Assembly (NCBI RefSeq): GCF_036971445.1 | Contig: NC_091475.1 | Coordinates: 156,612,001 to 156,676,000, forward strand | Reading direction: 5' to 3' | DNA length: 64,000 nucleotides | DNA from: Narcine bancroftii | Taxonomy: Eukaryota | Shown: in pieces, positions 26,163 to 37,865 of the stretch | How the letters are laid out: every line of letters starts with the position of its first letter | Numbering within the stretch: position 1 is the stretch's first letter | Notes under the pieces: model-generated | Seen by the model: the letters and a program-made list of their open reading frames with translations, nothing else | The model's database searches: none | Told to the model about the DNA's origin: nothing | Translations under genes and position numbers: made by a program

Positions 26163-26615
26163 GTTCATAGAGTCGATCACAGGTGCAGCCTGTCCAGTGG
26201 TCTCGTGATCTTCTGTGACTTCCAAGGCGCTGGGTGAGGCCCCTTTTTGTGATCGAGCTGGCAGGACTGTGTATCTGTGTGGGTGGAATTAGAGTTATAG
26301 AGTCCTTTGGTGCCTGTTGTGGTGGTTTACCCCGCTGTTTGTTGTTAAACATAAATGCAATGGCCCTCTGGTCCATCAGCAGGGTAAATGGTCTACCAGC
26401 CAAATAATACCTCCAGTGGCGCACAGCTTCCACTATGACCTATGTCTTTTTCTCAATTGCTGAGTTTCGGATTCTGGAGTGTTCTAGAGAAAATTGCCAC
26501 TGGCCTGCCTGCCTGATTCAGCGTGGCTGCCAGGGTAACATCAGAGGCTTCACTTACCACTTGGAATGGGATGGATTCATCAATGGCCTGCATCACCACC
26601 TTGGCAATCTCATTC

Positions 26616-26955
26616 TCTTTTTAATTTTTTTTTATTTTTCACACTATGAACCATATTGACCCAAATACACATAAACATTTCCCTCTTGAATATACACAGT
26701 GTCATTTTCTCCCCTCCCTTCCCTCCCTCCTTCCCACCCCCTCCCCACCCACTAAATGTTCAACATATACAATACATTAAACCCATTAAACAATGTCATC
26801 ACACAATGAAAATAAACAAGAAAATTGTGTCATCTACTTTTACACATTGGGTCATTTCATTTCGTCTTCTTCTCATTCTGTCATTTTAGGTGGTGGAGGT
26901 CCACGGTAGGACTTCTCTGTTGTGTTCCATGTACGGTTCCCAACTTTGTTTGAAT
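26616..26955 (-). mobile_element. L1/Tx1-like 3' end fragment inserted in the Gypsy element
   Basis: T-rich run at the left (poly-A tail on - strand), G-rich 3' UTR, and WEPYMEHNRE-like end of ORF2. Confidence 0.6.
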
Positions 26956-28289
26956 AGTTTGATGCCTACCCGACAGTACACACACATCTCTGCGGACTGG
27001 GCTTTAGATGCCAGGGATATTCATCTCTTTTCCGGAGACACCTTCAGTGTACAGCGCTTTATTAAGTCCGGGTGGATAAAATTTTCGGTGCTCCCTGTGT
27101 CAAACAAACAACCCGTGACGCGACCATTTACCTCAATGTTCATCATCAATTGCACCAGCTGGTGAGGCCTGTTCTGATCCAGCGTCACAGAGGCCAGGAT
27201 TAGCTCCAATTCAGAGTTACCATTGTACCGTTCCTGTCAGTAATATGTCGGGCTTGGTGCCTCAGAAGATGGCCGCCCCCAGTACATGCACATGGCTGGG
27301 ACCTGAGGTGAAGTTAGCAATCGCTGATCCAAAGCCAGAAGTGATGTTAGTGATCGTCGTCTTAATGTTGATGACCCATCCCTCGGATTGCACACAGCAT
27401 TGCTGGTAGTGAGCTTCCCCCATCACACCTTCAAATAGTGCCCTTTCTCTTTGCAATTTGAGTGAGCACACTGCGTTCTTGGCCAGGCAGGACTTCTGGG
27501 GGTGCCTGGCCAGCCCGCAGAACCCGCACTTCCCAGTCCCAACTGCCACTGGTGCCATATCCCAACATAGTGGCACCCTCATACCGCATGCAGACGCTGG
27601 ACCGCTGGCAGTGTGAGCCTCACAGCTTTGCACCACAGTCTCCATTGCCTCCCCCAAGTCCTTCTTGCAATGTGGAGTTACCTTTTTCAACAGCATCCCT
27701 TAGGTTGTAGTGGCGCATGAACATCTGCATCCCGTGCAGCCACCTCTCGAAGGTAAAATCTGCGTTGGGCTCCCTGGATTCAATCGTGAGCGTGGTTGGC
27801 CGGCAAACGTCTCCCATTACCCGCTGCAGAGTTGATGTAGACCCCAGGGATGCGACCACTACTGCACCTCTTGGTTGGGCTGACTTCACCATCTGTGGGC
27901 TGGGTGACCAGGCAACTTTCTGATCGCTGCTGCTTTGTCCTGTATGCTGAGTTTCCATGACTTTTGTTTTGGTAATTAAATTGTGGTGCACACAATAATC
28001 ACATTGACATGATGGAGTGATTAAATGGCTTTAATTACCAAAAACCTGAGCATTACTGATATACTACTGGCCTGGTTCCAGGTACAGGAGCAAGAGAGGA
28101 CAAGTCCAGGCACGCTAGCCTTTATTAGGAAATCCGGGGAGGAGCCAAGTGAGGAATTAGGGAAGGTCAGGGAGGTTCAGACTGGCCAGCGGATACATCT
28201 ATACAAATGCCTTTCACCACAGGTATTTCCATATCTTCTTGTTCTTGTTTTCCATTGCAATGAGTACTTAATTTCTTTCCACCTAGACT

Positions 28290-28945
28290 TTTGACTTCTT
28301 TTCATGAAGTCTTCTGCAGAGATTAGTCTTTGGCATATCCACACCTGTGTGCCGAACGGTGCTTCTGAACTGTCAGCCATGTGTTTGGGGACTTTTCTTC
28401 AAACTCATAAGAATTCTTCTCTCATCAGCAATGGAGTTCTTCATTGAAATACCAGCCTCTTTGAGATTACTGAGCTCACCAGTATGCTTTTTATTCTTAA
28501 TGACGTACAAAACTGTTGAATTTGGTAATCCTAAGATTTGAGTGATAACTCTTACAGTTTTAATCTTGAATTTCAGCCTCATAATGGCTTCTTTGACTTT
28601 CATTGGCACAACCCTGGTCTTCTTGTTGAAAAATGGCAACTACAGGCTCCAAAGATGACCAAAAGCTTATTAGCCAGATAAGCTCTCTTATACCTGCACT
28701 AATTAAGCATACCTGATCACTCACAAACACTTGTGAAGCTAAATGTCCCAAATACTATGGTGCCCTGAAATGAGGGGACTATGTCTAAAAGGTCAAACCA
28801 AAATGTATACAAATAACCCTGAATAAAATCTGGAATGTGCACTTTAATTACATGTGAATTGTTTGATTACAAAATTAAAACTGTGGAGCAAAGGGGCCAA
28901 TAAAGGAAAAAAAGTGTCTGTCCTGAACATCATGGAAGGCACTTA
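28290..28945 (-). mobile_element. Tc1 fragment (transposase N-terminus plus TIR)
   Basis: ORF 28373..28639 (TRVVPMKVKEAIMRL...LGLPNSTV) and a TIR copy ending near CATGGAAGGCACT. Confidence 0.8.
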
Positions 28946-29069
28946 CACTGAAGCCTTTTTCACATTTCACTTAGCTTTGTATCATTAACAAATTTGATCT
29001 CTCATCAAAATTATTGAGTGCTAAAAGCTGGTCATCACTTCACAATCCAAATTTTATAATTTTTTTTTA

Positions 29070-29258
29070 AATTAAATTTAGAAATACAGCACGGTAAACA
29101 GGCCATTTTGGCAAACAAGCCCATGCCACCCAATTAGCCTATAACTCCCAGTAGGTTTCGAAGTAAGTGAGAGGAAACGGGAGCATTCGGGAAAACTCAC
29201 ACAGACATAGGGAGAACATACAAACTCCTTACAGACAGCGCAGGATTCGAAACCCAGT
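29070..29258 (-). mobile_element. V-SINE/HE1-like SINE
   Basis: Reverse complement of the same core (ACAAACTCCTTACAGACAGCGCAGGATTCGAA). Confidence 0.7.
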
Positions 29259-29814
29259 CTGCTTATTCCTCTTTTTGTTTTTGTTCACGAAGAAATCCTC
29301 AATCCACATCAGGAAAATATTACAACCATGAACTTTACTAATCTCTTATGTGGTATGTATTAAAGGTCTTTTGAAGATCCAAATGCCCCACACGAACTAG
29401 TTTAGGCTTATCTGTTCTGTTAGTTACAATCTCAAAAATATCTGACAGGTTTATTAAATGTTAATTTATTTCAAAAATTCAAATTGGCTGTCAATACTAT
29501 TTTTACTTTCTTGGTACTCTGTCGCCATTTCCTTAAAAAGAGATTCTAGTATTTTACTTTCCATTGATGTCAAAGCAACAAGTCTATGGTATCACGTTCT
29601 ATCTCCCTCTCTGTTAGAAATGATTCCAGAGTCCATGATAGTTTGGAAGACAGCTAGTTTATTTACCACCATAACAACGTTCTTCGAATCCATTAATGGC
29701 AGGTCATGAGGCCTGAGGGAATTATTAGCTTACAGTCCCATGAAATATTCCAGTGTACTAACTTTGTATTCATGTTAATTTCTTTGAATTTTATGGAATG
29801 TAATTAGTTTAAGT

Positions 29815-30031
29815 CAGGGGTTCCCAACCTGGGGTACATGTACCCCCAGTGGTACATTTGGACTTTTCATTGGGTCTGAGAGAATAACCACTACTGTACA
29901 ATACATGGTGTTGTAATCTGCAGTCAGATTGGACATTGTTGTGTTTTTTTTTATTCTTAATTTTTAGGGGTACTCAGGAACCTATAAAAATGCCCAGGGG
30001 TACAGAGGAACTAAAAGGTTGGGAACCCCTG
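29815..30031. mobile_element. hAT-type MITE (217 bp)
   Basis: TIR CAGGGGTTCCCAACCT / AGGTTGGGAACCCCTG and a perfect 8-bp TSD GTTTAAGT (29807-29814 / 30032-30039). Confidence 0.93.
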
Positions 30032-30284
30032 GTTTAAGTGAATGGGTGAAGACCTGTGTATATAGTGGGAAAATGAGAATTTGTCCATTAGTCATGAAAA
30101 ATAAAAAAGCATCTTGTCTAAAGGACTGAGTGATGAGGAACTCCTGCATGATTCCTAAAAGGCTGGTATGCAGATACACAGTAAAACTTTTTATTTATTA
30201 CTAGGAAAGTAGAATACAAATGTAATAAAAAGTTAGTTATTTAGGGTATTGGTGAGGACTATGTCGACAGTATTGTATTGTTTA

Positions 30285-30423
30285 GAAATAACCTTTAATA
30301 AAATCTGGGGTGTGCATTTTAATGACATGTAAATAGTTTAATTACAAATTTAAAACTGTGGAGCACAGGGGCAAATAGAGGGAAGTAAAAGGGTCTTTGT
30401 GCCAAATATTATGGAGGGCACTG
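30285..30423 (-). mobile_element. Tc1 terminal inverted repeat remnant
   Basis: Ends TTATGGAGGGCACTG|TA and matches the other Tc1 ends. Confidence 0.7.
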
Positions 30424-31960
30424 TATCTTGGCACCATTAGCTTCTCAATCTCCTTCTTTTATTCTGTTTCATCATTTAATATTTGATCTATGGCTGTGGT
30501 ATCATCAGTGAAATTAGAATGATATTTGACTGTACAATCATGGGAGTAGAAGGAGTATTATAGAGGGCTGAGTAGATATCATTGTGGGATATCGGTGTTG
30601 AGTGTGACCATGGAAGAGAATTTTGCTGCCTATCTTCACTGATTGTGGTCTGTTAGACAGGAGGTCAAGTTGTGGGGTGGGGGAGGCCAAGATCCCAAAG
30701 TTTGAGGATGTTGGTTTGGGTATATGGAATTGAAGACGAAGCTGTGGACGATGAACAGTAGTGTGACCTGGGTGTCCTTGTCATCCAGGTTGTCCAGGGC
30801 CAAGTGCGGGGCTAAGGAATTGGTGTCTGCCGGACATCCGTTTGGGCTAAAGGCCAATTGAAGTGGGTCAAAGTTGGCTGGAAGGCTGAAGTTAATGTAA
30901 GCCATGACTGGCATTTCATAACAATTAACATTGGTAAACATCAGAGCCACTGGTCAAAAGTTATTTTGGCACATTATTGTGTTTTTTCTTCAGTACTGGG
31001 ATGATGGTGGCCCTTCTGAATCAGATGGGAACTTTAGTCTGTTGCAGGGACAAAATTTCTTAATTCTTGAAGTCAAACACATACTTTATAAAAATTAAAA
31101 CCAAACTTCAATTTTAAACCAAACTTTAATTTACCATATGGAAAGATGTAATAAATATTAAAAAAGAGATTGATAATAAATATTCATTCTTACAGTCGTG
31201 AAAAACATTTAGACATAGACATACAGCATGGTAACAGCTCCTTTTGGTCCACGAGCCGATGCCACCCGATTTCATCCAATGGACCTACAACCCCAGTACG
31301 TTTTTGAAGGGTGGAAGAAAGCAAGAGTACCAGGGAAAACTCACACTGACACAGGGAGTACATACAAACTCCTTACAGACAGCACTGGATTCAAACCGTA
31401 ACGCCCTGAAAAATTTTGTGTTTCCATAATGCCTTTTTGTAGGGTCAGAGTAGTTTATGATTTGAGGAGTAAGGTGAAGTTCAAGACCCTGATAGCTGTT
31501 GATAAAACTGCTCTTGAACTTTAGAGTTGCTGGACTTAAGGCTTCCCAAAGATAGAACTGTGAAGAGGTTGTGACCAGTATGATGGGGGCCTTTTCTGAT
31601 GTTGACTGCCTTCTTCAGGTAGAGAGTGAGTGAGAGAGAGAGGGGAGAGAGTGAGGGAGGAAAGAGTGTGAGAGAGAGGGAGGAGGGAAAAAGAGGGAGA
31701 GAGAGAGAGGGAGAGTTGTGAGAGAGAGGGGAGAGAGAGAGGACAATAGAGACAGGATGTGAGAGAGAGAGAGAGAGGTGGAATGTCTCTGACTTGGCTT
31801 TCAGATGCAAACTATCTTTGAGCTTCATCCATGGTTTCTGATTTGCCTGTATTTTTCTCTTAGTCATACAGTCTTTCACATACTTCCTGATGAATTCAGT
31901 CATGCCAGTAGTGCCTACATCAAATTGGGATGCTGAATCTTTGAATGTGGACCACTCATT
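30424..31960 (-). mobile_element. Rex1/Babar-like LINE fragments (nested) with a SINE and a GA-rich tract
   Basis: LPANFDPLQLAF...HLALDNLD...LLFI-like RT text (ORF 30636..30950), NQKPWM (ORF 31481..31903), and 3'-end text at 31440-31620. Confidence 0.65.
31205..31400 (-). mobile_element. V-SINE/HE1-like SINE
   Basis: Same core in reverse (TACAAACTCCTTACAGACAGC...GGATTCAAACC). Confidence 0.7.
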
Positions 31961-33222
31961 GTCATCTAAGACTTCTGTGATAATGGACAGGAAGGCTATG
32001 CAGTCTTTGATCTTTCTGTCATATATTCAACAAAGAGAGATGCAGCACTAACCTGTCACTATGTTCTGAGTTCTAAGTTCTAACCCTAACCCTAGTTATA
32101 AATGATGGGCATGGGCTCATTGACAAGCAAAGTTCCTATCAGTTGAACCTGTCCTTTGTGAAAAAATATTTTTTCAGGTTAACACCCTTGACCAGAAATT
32201 TATCAGGCATTGATCAACACAGAATGTCATGTGCATTGGCAAGAAATGGGCACAATGAATTCTGTGGAATGGTTTCCCGAGCAGACTGTCAAAAACATTC
32301 TGCAGAACTCAAATAACTCATTGTCAGAATACACCAACAAACATCAAGACCTCACTTGGCTGAAAAAGAGAGAGGACCTCCCCATCAAACCCTTTCACTT
32401 GGCATCTCACTTGCAGCTCATGCTGCTTTCTTGATGGCTTTAATGAACATTTGATGGTTGCCCCTTTTTTTTTGGATTGCAGATTTGCAAAAAAAAAAAT
32501 CTGCAAAATAATGCAAGGCCCTTGTTGACTTCATTTCATGCAGTTTTCCTGACAGGAGATTTACCAAGATAAATTTCAAGTGCTGCAGAAAGATCATCAA
32601 CTTAACGAAAGTTTGCCTGAAAACTATTGACCTTCCAGTACAATGGGATGTCGACTGGCACATTTCAGGTTATAAGGAGAACATGCTGAGATTTGATGCA
32701 GCCAACTCTCAAGCTTTGTGGACAAGGATTGCAGTCGATGATCCAGCCACAACTAGACTCTGAAAAGCCTCTCAAACACTCTTAAGTGGCAACCAAAGAG
32801 GCAACATGAACAAAGGCAAGAAAATACTAATACTACAAATGTGGAATGGCTGATAACATTCTAAATATATAGACTAAATGACATTATGCATTTAGGGAAA
32901 CTATGCACTTTTTTGTGTTTCTTGTATCTATTTTTACAAGTAAATTTTATGACTAAAATCTGTTGAACTTTTTTATTCCAATTTGCACAAGTGCTTACAT
33001 TGAGTGCAATGAAAGTCATGGACTAATTGTACCTGGTTATACTATTGTAGCCCCCACCTGTTCCATGCCTACTTTTGGGGAAGGCTTAATAAGTTTTTAG
33101 CCTATTCAACTTTAGATTAAGTTTACATTGATATCTTGAAAGTAAAATGGTTATTGCTGCTCAAAATTATTGCAATTATTCCTGCAAATTGTCTCTCCTC
33201 TTATTTTCAAATCTACTTGCAG

Positions 33223-33650
33223 AAACTAGAAGTATGAGGCACTCTTCTTCATTATTCCCCGACATACGTCCGAGTTCCGTTCTAACCCACCAGTCGTATC
33301 GTGAAAAGGATGTAAATCTGAAGTACGTTAACATGGCATGTAGAAGCCATAAATCAAGTCATTTTCTATTCCAAATCGAGCGTCTTCCTTGGCTTCTTGA
33401 CAGATCTATCTGCAAGGGATGGGCTTTTCCTCTTGTTCGCCATCTTTGGCAAGCATATGCACTTACTGAATGGCAACTGACCTCTCTCTCATCCTCTCTC
33501 TATTGTCCTCTCTCTCTTCTTCCCCCCTCTCTTATCGTATGCACGCAGCCATTATTTTTTTCAGTCGTAGGTCAGGAGGGTAGCAAGTCGGGGAGAGGCT
33601 GTAGTATGATGATATGTGGCATTGGTGTGAGTTATCAAGTACTGAAATAA
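33223..33650 (+). other. Candidate alternative (cassette or terminal) exon of dlg2, or a conserved element
   Basis: Strong acceptor tctctcctcttattttcaaatctacttgcAG (33221-33222) enters the 167-aa ORF 33147..33650 in phase 1. The region is CpG-rich and not repeat-like. Possible donors lie at 33625 and 33627, and AATAAA lies at 33646-33651. Confidence 0.45.
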
Positions 33651-36600
33651 AATTACAATAGAGTGAGATTGAATTTAAAATTATGGTTATCAATAAGTGG
33701 TAAAATCTTTTAATTTTTTTTGCAAAATCCTTTAAGATATCATATTGAGTTCTGCAATATTACCCAATGTCCCTCTGAAAGTTAAATTTCAATGGACATT
33801 GATTTCAATATGCTTAATGCTTATCTGACATTGTATAAATACCATAATGTATGTGAGGTTAAATATAATTATTTATAAATAATTATTTGGATTTAGAATG
33901 GCTCTATGTTCAGTAAAAACGATTTTATGTTGCTGAATTTTATAGAAATACTTGGAATTATTTGGATTATCTTGAGTAAAAGCATTAGAATACTAAAATT
34001 TAAAGTTTAATTTGACATCTCTTTAATTAATTTATCATTTGTTTTCAGCAACTGAGTGTGTTTGCCAAGAAAATAATATTTAAAGAAATCATCTTATGCA
34101 AAAATCTTTTAATTGCTTAAAATTAGCTCATGAAGTGTCAATAACTATTTGAGGGAGAAAGACTTCAACTGATGTCTGCTTTCTAGATTCTTACAGTTGC
34201 AAGACTGTAAGAAAGTCAGCAGGGATATCTGATGTGGACATCTTTGCTCATCCCCATCTTGTTTGCAATCACACATTCCAGCAGGGGTCAGTGGATAATG
34301 ATGAACAGCAGGAGACTGTTTTTATTTCCTATGCCAGAGTATTGTCATTAATTAGAATGCTCTCATTGTCAATCTGGCTACTAATAACAGCAGAGTGCAC
34401 AATTGAGGAGTAAATCTGAAGTTGGTCCACTGTGCCTGTTCTATTACCTGTTTTGTTTCTGCAGAATTGTTTAATTTCATTCAGTTTTTCTAGACCACTC
34501 TGTTACTTTACAAAGTAATAATAGCTATTTAACTTGACTAATAAAAATAGAAGTATTTTGAATGAAATCTAGCAATAAAGTTTGTAAAAATAGGCAGGAT
34601 GTTTTTCACAAAAATACATACTGTATCAGCTCAATGTTGATAAGCGTTTCCTTTTTAATGTAATTTTATCTGAATTGAAGAAGATGTCCTTTAAGATTGG
34701 CATTTCTTATTATGAATTTGAATTTCTGCTGAATAAATATAGAGAATGGAAATTTCCTCCAGCTATTTATGCTGACAGCTGCTCTAAATAATAATGGCTT
34801 TTTTTTTAAAAAGCATATAATTCACCTTTTCAAATACCAAGTCACAAGTTCATTCTTAATGCACAAATAATAGCCACTGTTGTTTTATATGAAGTTTTTT
34901 TCTCTTGAAGCTATGAATGTATTTAAATTATTTTTATTCATTCTTTCTTCTGATCTTTGAATCATATAAACCTGTAAACAAATGAATTAAAATGGAACAT
35001 GCTAACTAGCAGGTAGTGTGGGGGAGTGTAGGGGGGGGAACAGTGTAAATCAGAGTTGAATATTGATGGAAAATAATTATTAAGACTTGTTCGCCTGGAT
35101 AAAGATATGCGAAAGCCCTCTGGTGAACAGAATAGAGGAAATTGACTGATAATGATTGCCATCTGCAGTAAAAAGCTGCTGTCAGTATTTAAAGACATTT
35201 GTTGTTTGATGATATGAGGTATTAAACCATTCCATCATGTGCCATCATAGACTGCAGTAATAGGATGACGAGTTGAAATAACAGAAAACACTGATGCTTC
35301 AACTTGGTGAAATGACTCTGGGTTTGACTGCACATTAGTAATGGGTCATTCCTTCTTGAGCTCCACTGCCGCTGCTCTGACAGGGTAGCCCTGATTTCTT
35401 CTTGTTCCTGGGAAGATTCAAACGTAATTGGGAAGGTCCGCTTGTTTCCAGGTGAGAAACTGGGGTTTTTTTTAAGCGATACCCATGGAATAATAGCATT
35501 GTACTGCTTTCAGGTGCCAGTTTAAAATGTTTCTATTGAAATTAACTGGAATGGAGGTTTATAGAAATCCATTTCAATGTGTTTGGTTTCCCTGGTGATT
35601 TCTCTCAGTTGGCTGTCGAGGTTATCCTGCTGTGGAAAATGTGTATATGTATTGCAATATAATTTGCTATTTGTGCTTTGAAGGAGTTATTGTGATTTTT
35701 ACTGCTCTCATAACTCTTTCCTTAATAGGTGATTATATTGTAGTTTATATTTAGAAAAAAACATAGACTTTTGAAAATCTCTTCGGTAGATCAAACATTG
35801 GATTAAAATAATAGGATGGATGCTCTTATGGTCTTTCTGTGCAAAGTGCTGTACGATCATTATAATTCTTAAGACAGTATTTTCATTTGTAATGTTGGAT
35901 CATTCTGAAGCAGAATGCAGGTATTTTGCAGGCTGATGTATATAACTATCGGAGATGTACCAGGTTCTGATTGTTTTCATATTTCTTTCCCTGTATCCTG
36001 ACAATGTTTAAAATTACATTACAATATTAGAGCTATAAATCAGTATTTTTGAAAAATTCAGACCCTTACATATACCAAATTTGCATTGTGATAAAAATTC
36101 TACTGTAATTATTTTTCATGTAAATGCCAATGAAAACATACATGTTTGAAGTAAACCAGTTAAAGTTGTTTCATTTTTTGCACTGTAATTGCTGTGCAGC
36201 TTTTTAATGGAATTGTTCTCGCTGTGTTAATGCATCTTACATACACAGTATTCTAATATAAAGTGCCTAACAATTTTTTAGAAGATGTTTCATGTATATT
36301 CAACATTTTATTGACAAATATGCATCTGGACAATTGCAATATTGAAGTCATTTAACTTTGCAGCTACAACATGCCTGTTGTAGGTCTGTATGAAGCTATT
36401 AACAATAGAACCATATGAAATAAGTTTGTTGGAAATGCATTCGTCCATCAAAAAGTGAAGATAATGAATTCCATAAATAGTGTTTAAACTACAATGCTTC
36501 CTGTTGTAGATGTGCATGGTGGGGAAGGGGTGATCCGGAGCAATAGAGAGAGTCTTAATATTTTTGCAATTTTACAGCAAATAAGCCTGATATTGAATGT

Positions 36601-36673
36601 ATTGTAAAATAAAATTATGATTCCAGATATTTTATGTTTTTTTTTCTTTCTCTGCTTCACATTCCCAATGAAG

Positions 36674-36788
36674 AGTACAGCCGTTTTGAGGCAAAAATCC
36701 ATGACCTGCGGGAGCAGATGCTAAATCACAGTATGAGTTCTGGGTCTGGCTCCCTAAGAACCAACCAGAAACGCTCGTTATATGTCAG
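36674..36788 (+). CDS. dlg2: Internal coding exon of a Discs-large MAGUK scaffold (PDZ3-SH3 linker), most like DLG2/PSD-93
   Basis: A long pyrimidine tract and AG (36672-36673) precede the exon and AG|GTAAGT follows it. It translates (phase 1 to phase 2) as (E)[37 protein letters not shown](R). [22 protein letters not shown] is the DLG2 form of this motif as I recall it (DLG1 has [16 protein letters not shown]). No other canonical DLG exon was recognised in the window. Confidence 0.92.
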
Positions 36789-37189
36789 GTAAGTACAATT
36801 ATTTACCACTATTTCAATTTGCAGCTATTTATTACATTAGTGTATCATGTGTATATTTTTATATACTCCTGAAATTAAATTGGATCTTGACTAAAAGGGG
36901 CAGAGTGTCAATGTGGAGCAAACTGCACATACCTAATGCAGCCAAGATTAGAACCATGAATTTGGCAAAGCCACATTGCCTTATTCACTGCAAGATTAAG
37001 TCATAGTTATGTCCCCAATCATTGTTTGGAAGCTGGTCAAAATCTTTAGCTGATTTTGGGGTGTCAACGATGACAATCTGAGGTGAAATGAGCAGAGAGC
37101 AGCAGCAACTAATAAGAACTTGTTTGTAGTTCATAATGAGAAATGTAGGTGAAGTTCAAACTTGCCTTCCATGAGCATCTTTAACATTT

Positions 37190-37865
37190 CACTTTTACCA
37201 AGGAAAAGGGCATGGATAGTGACAGGGAGAATGCTTATGCATTTGGGCATTTTGAGGTCAAGAAAGAAGTGGTATTGGGTCTTTTTGGAAGTTACTGAGA
37301 TGGATGATTCTGGGCCTGATGCTATTTATCCAAGGTTATTGAAAGAGATAAGTTAAGAGATTGCTGGGGCCTTGACAAAGATCTTTGCATTCTCACTACC
37401 AATCAGAGAACTCCCAGAGAATTGGAGATGGCTAATGTTATACCTTTGTTCAAAAGGGGAAAAAAGATGATCCAGGACATTGTAGACCAGTAAGCCTCAC
37501 ATCAGTGGTAGAGAAAATAGTAGAAAGCACACTTAAGGATATGAAGTACGTCATTATGGCTTTGTGAGAGGCAGGTCCCCATAGTTGTCTCACACTGGAC
37601 AGCATGAATTAAAGGTGAAGGAGAGGAAGTTTAAGAATATTTTATTCAGTGTAGTACATGCTTAGAAAAAGCAGCCAGGAGTACTGGTGGAAGTATATAT
37701 AATAGTAGTATTTAAGAGGCTTCTAGATAGACACATGAACATGAAGAGAATGGAGGGATTAGGTGCACGCAACAAATTTTAGTTTGATTTGGTCATCATG
37801 TTTGGCACAGACATATTGATCGAAGGGCCTGTCCTATGCTCTGCTGATCTGTGGTCTATGTCTGC
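37190..37865 (+). mobile_element. Decayed CR1 LINE fragments
   Basis: GPDAIYPRLLKE, ANVIPLFKRG and RPVSLTSVV-like remnants, plus a 3' UTR GAAGGGCCTGT...TCTATG. Confidence 0.75.

Larger units (their letters stand above)
25813..28221 (-). mobile_element. Ty3/Gypsy LTR retrotransposon, internally deleted (gag zinc knuckle, protease, RT/RNase H remnants)
   Basis: Direct ~240-bp LTRs at 25813-26053 and 27982-28221, each TGTGGTG...CACCACA and roughly 85-90% identical by eye. PPT AAAGGAGGGGTGAA lies next to the left LTR on the - strand. Protein remnants: CGFCGLARHPQKSC knuckle, protease CLFDTGSTENFI, RNase H EAVRHWRYYLAGRPFTLLMDQR. Degenerate TSD GGCAC/GGTAT. Confidence 0.92.

Noticed and set aside
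32078-32093. Interstitial telomeric repeat (CTAACCCTAACCCTA)
   Set aside because: Only about 2.5 units, too short to support a telomere-related event.
32100-32810. Possible coding remnant of an I/Nimb/Ingi-type LINE
   Set aside because: It looks like decayed coding sequence, but I could not read a diagnostic motif, so it is not listed as a feature.
36674-36788. Assignment of the exon to dlg1, dlg3 or dlg4
   Set aside because: EYSRF is shared with those paralogues, but NHSMSS and RTNQKR are DLG2-type, and the very long introns fit DLG2. The call remains unconfirmed without alignment.
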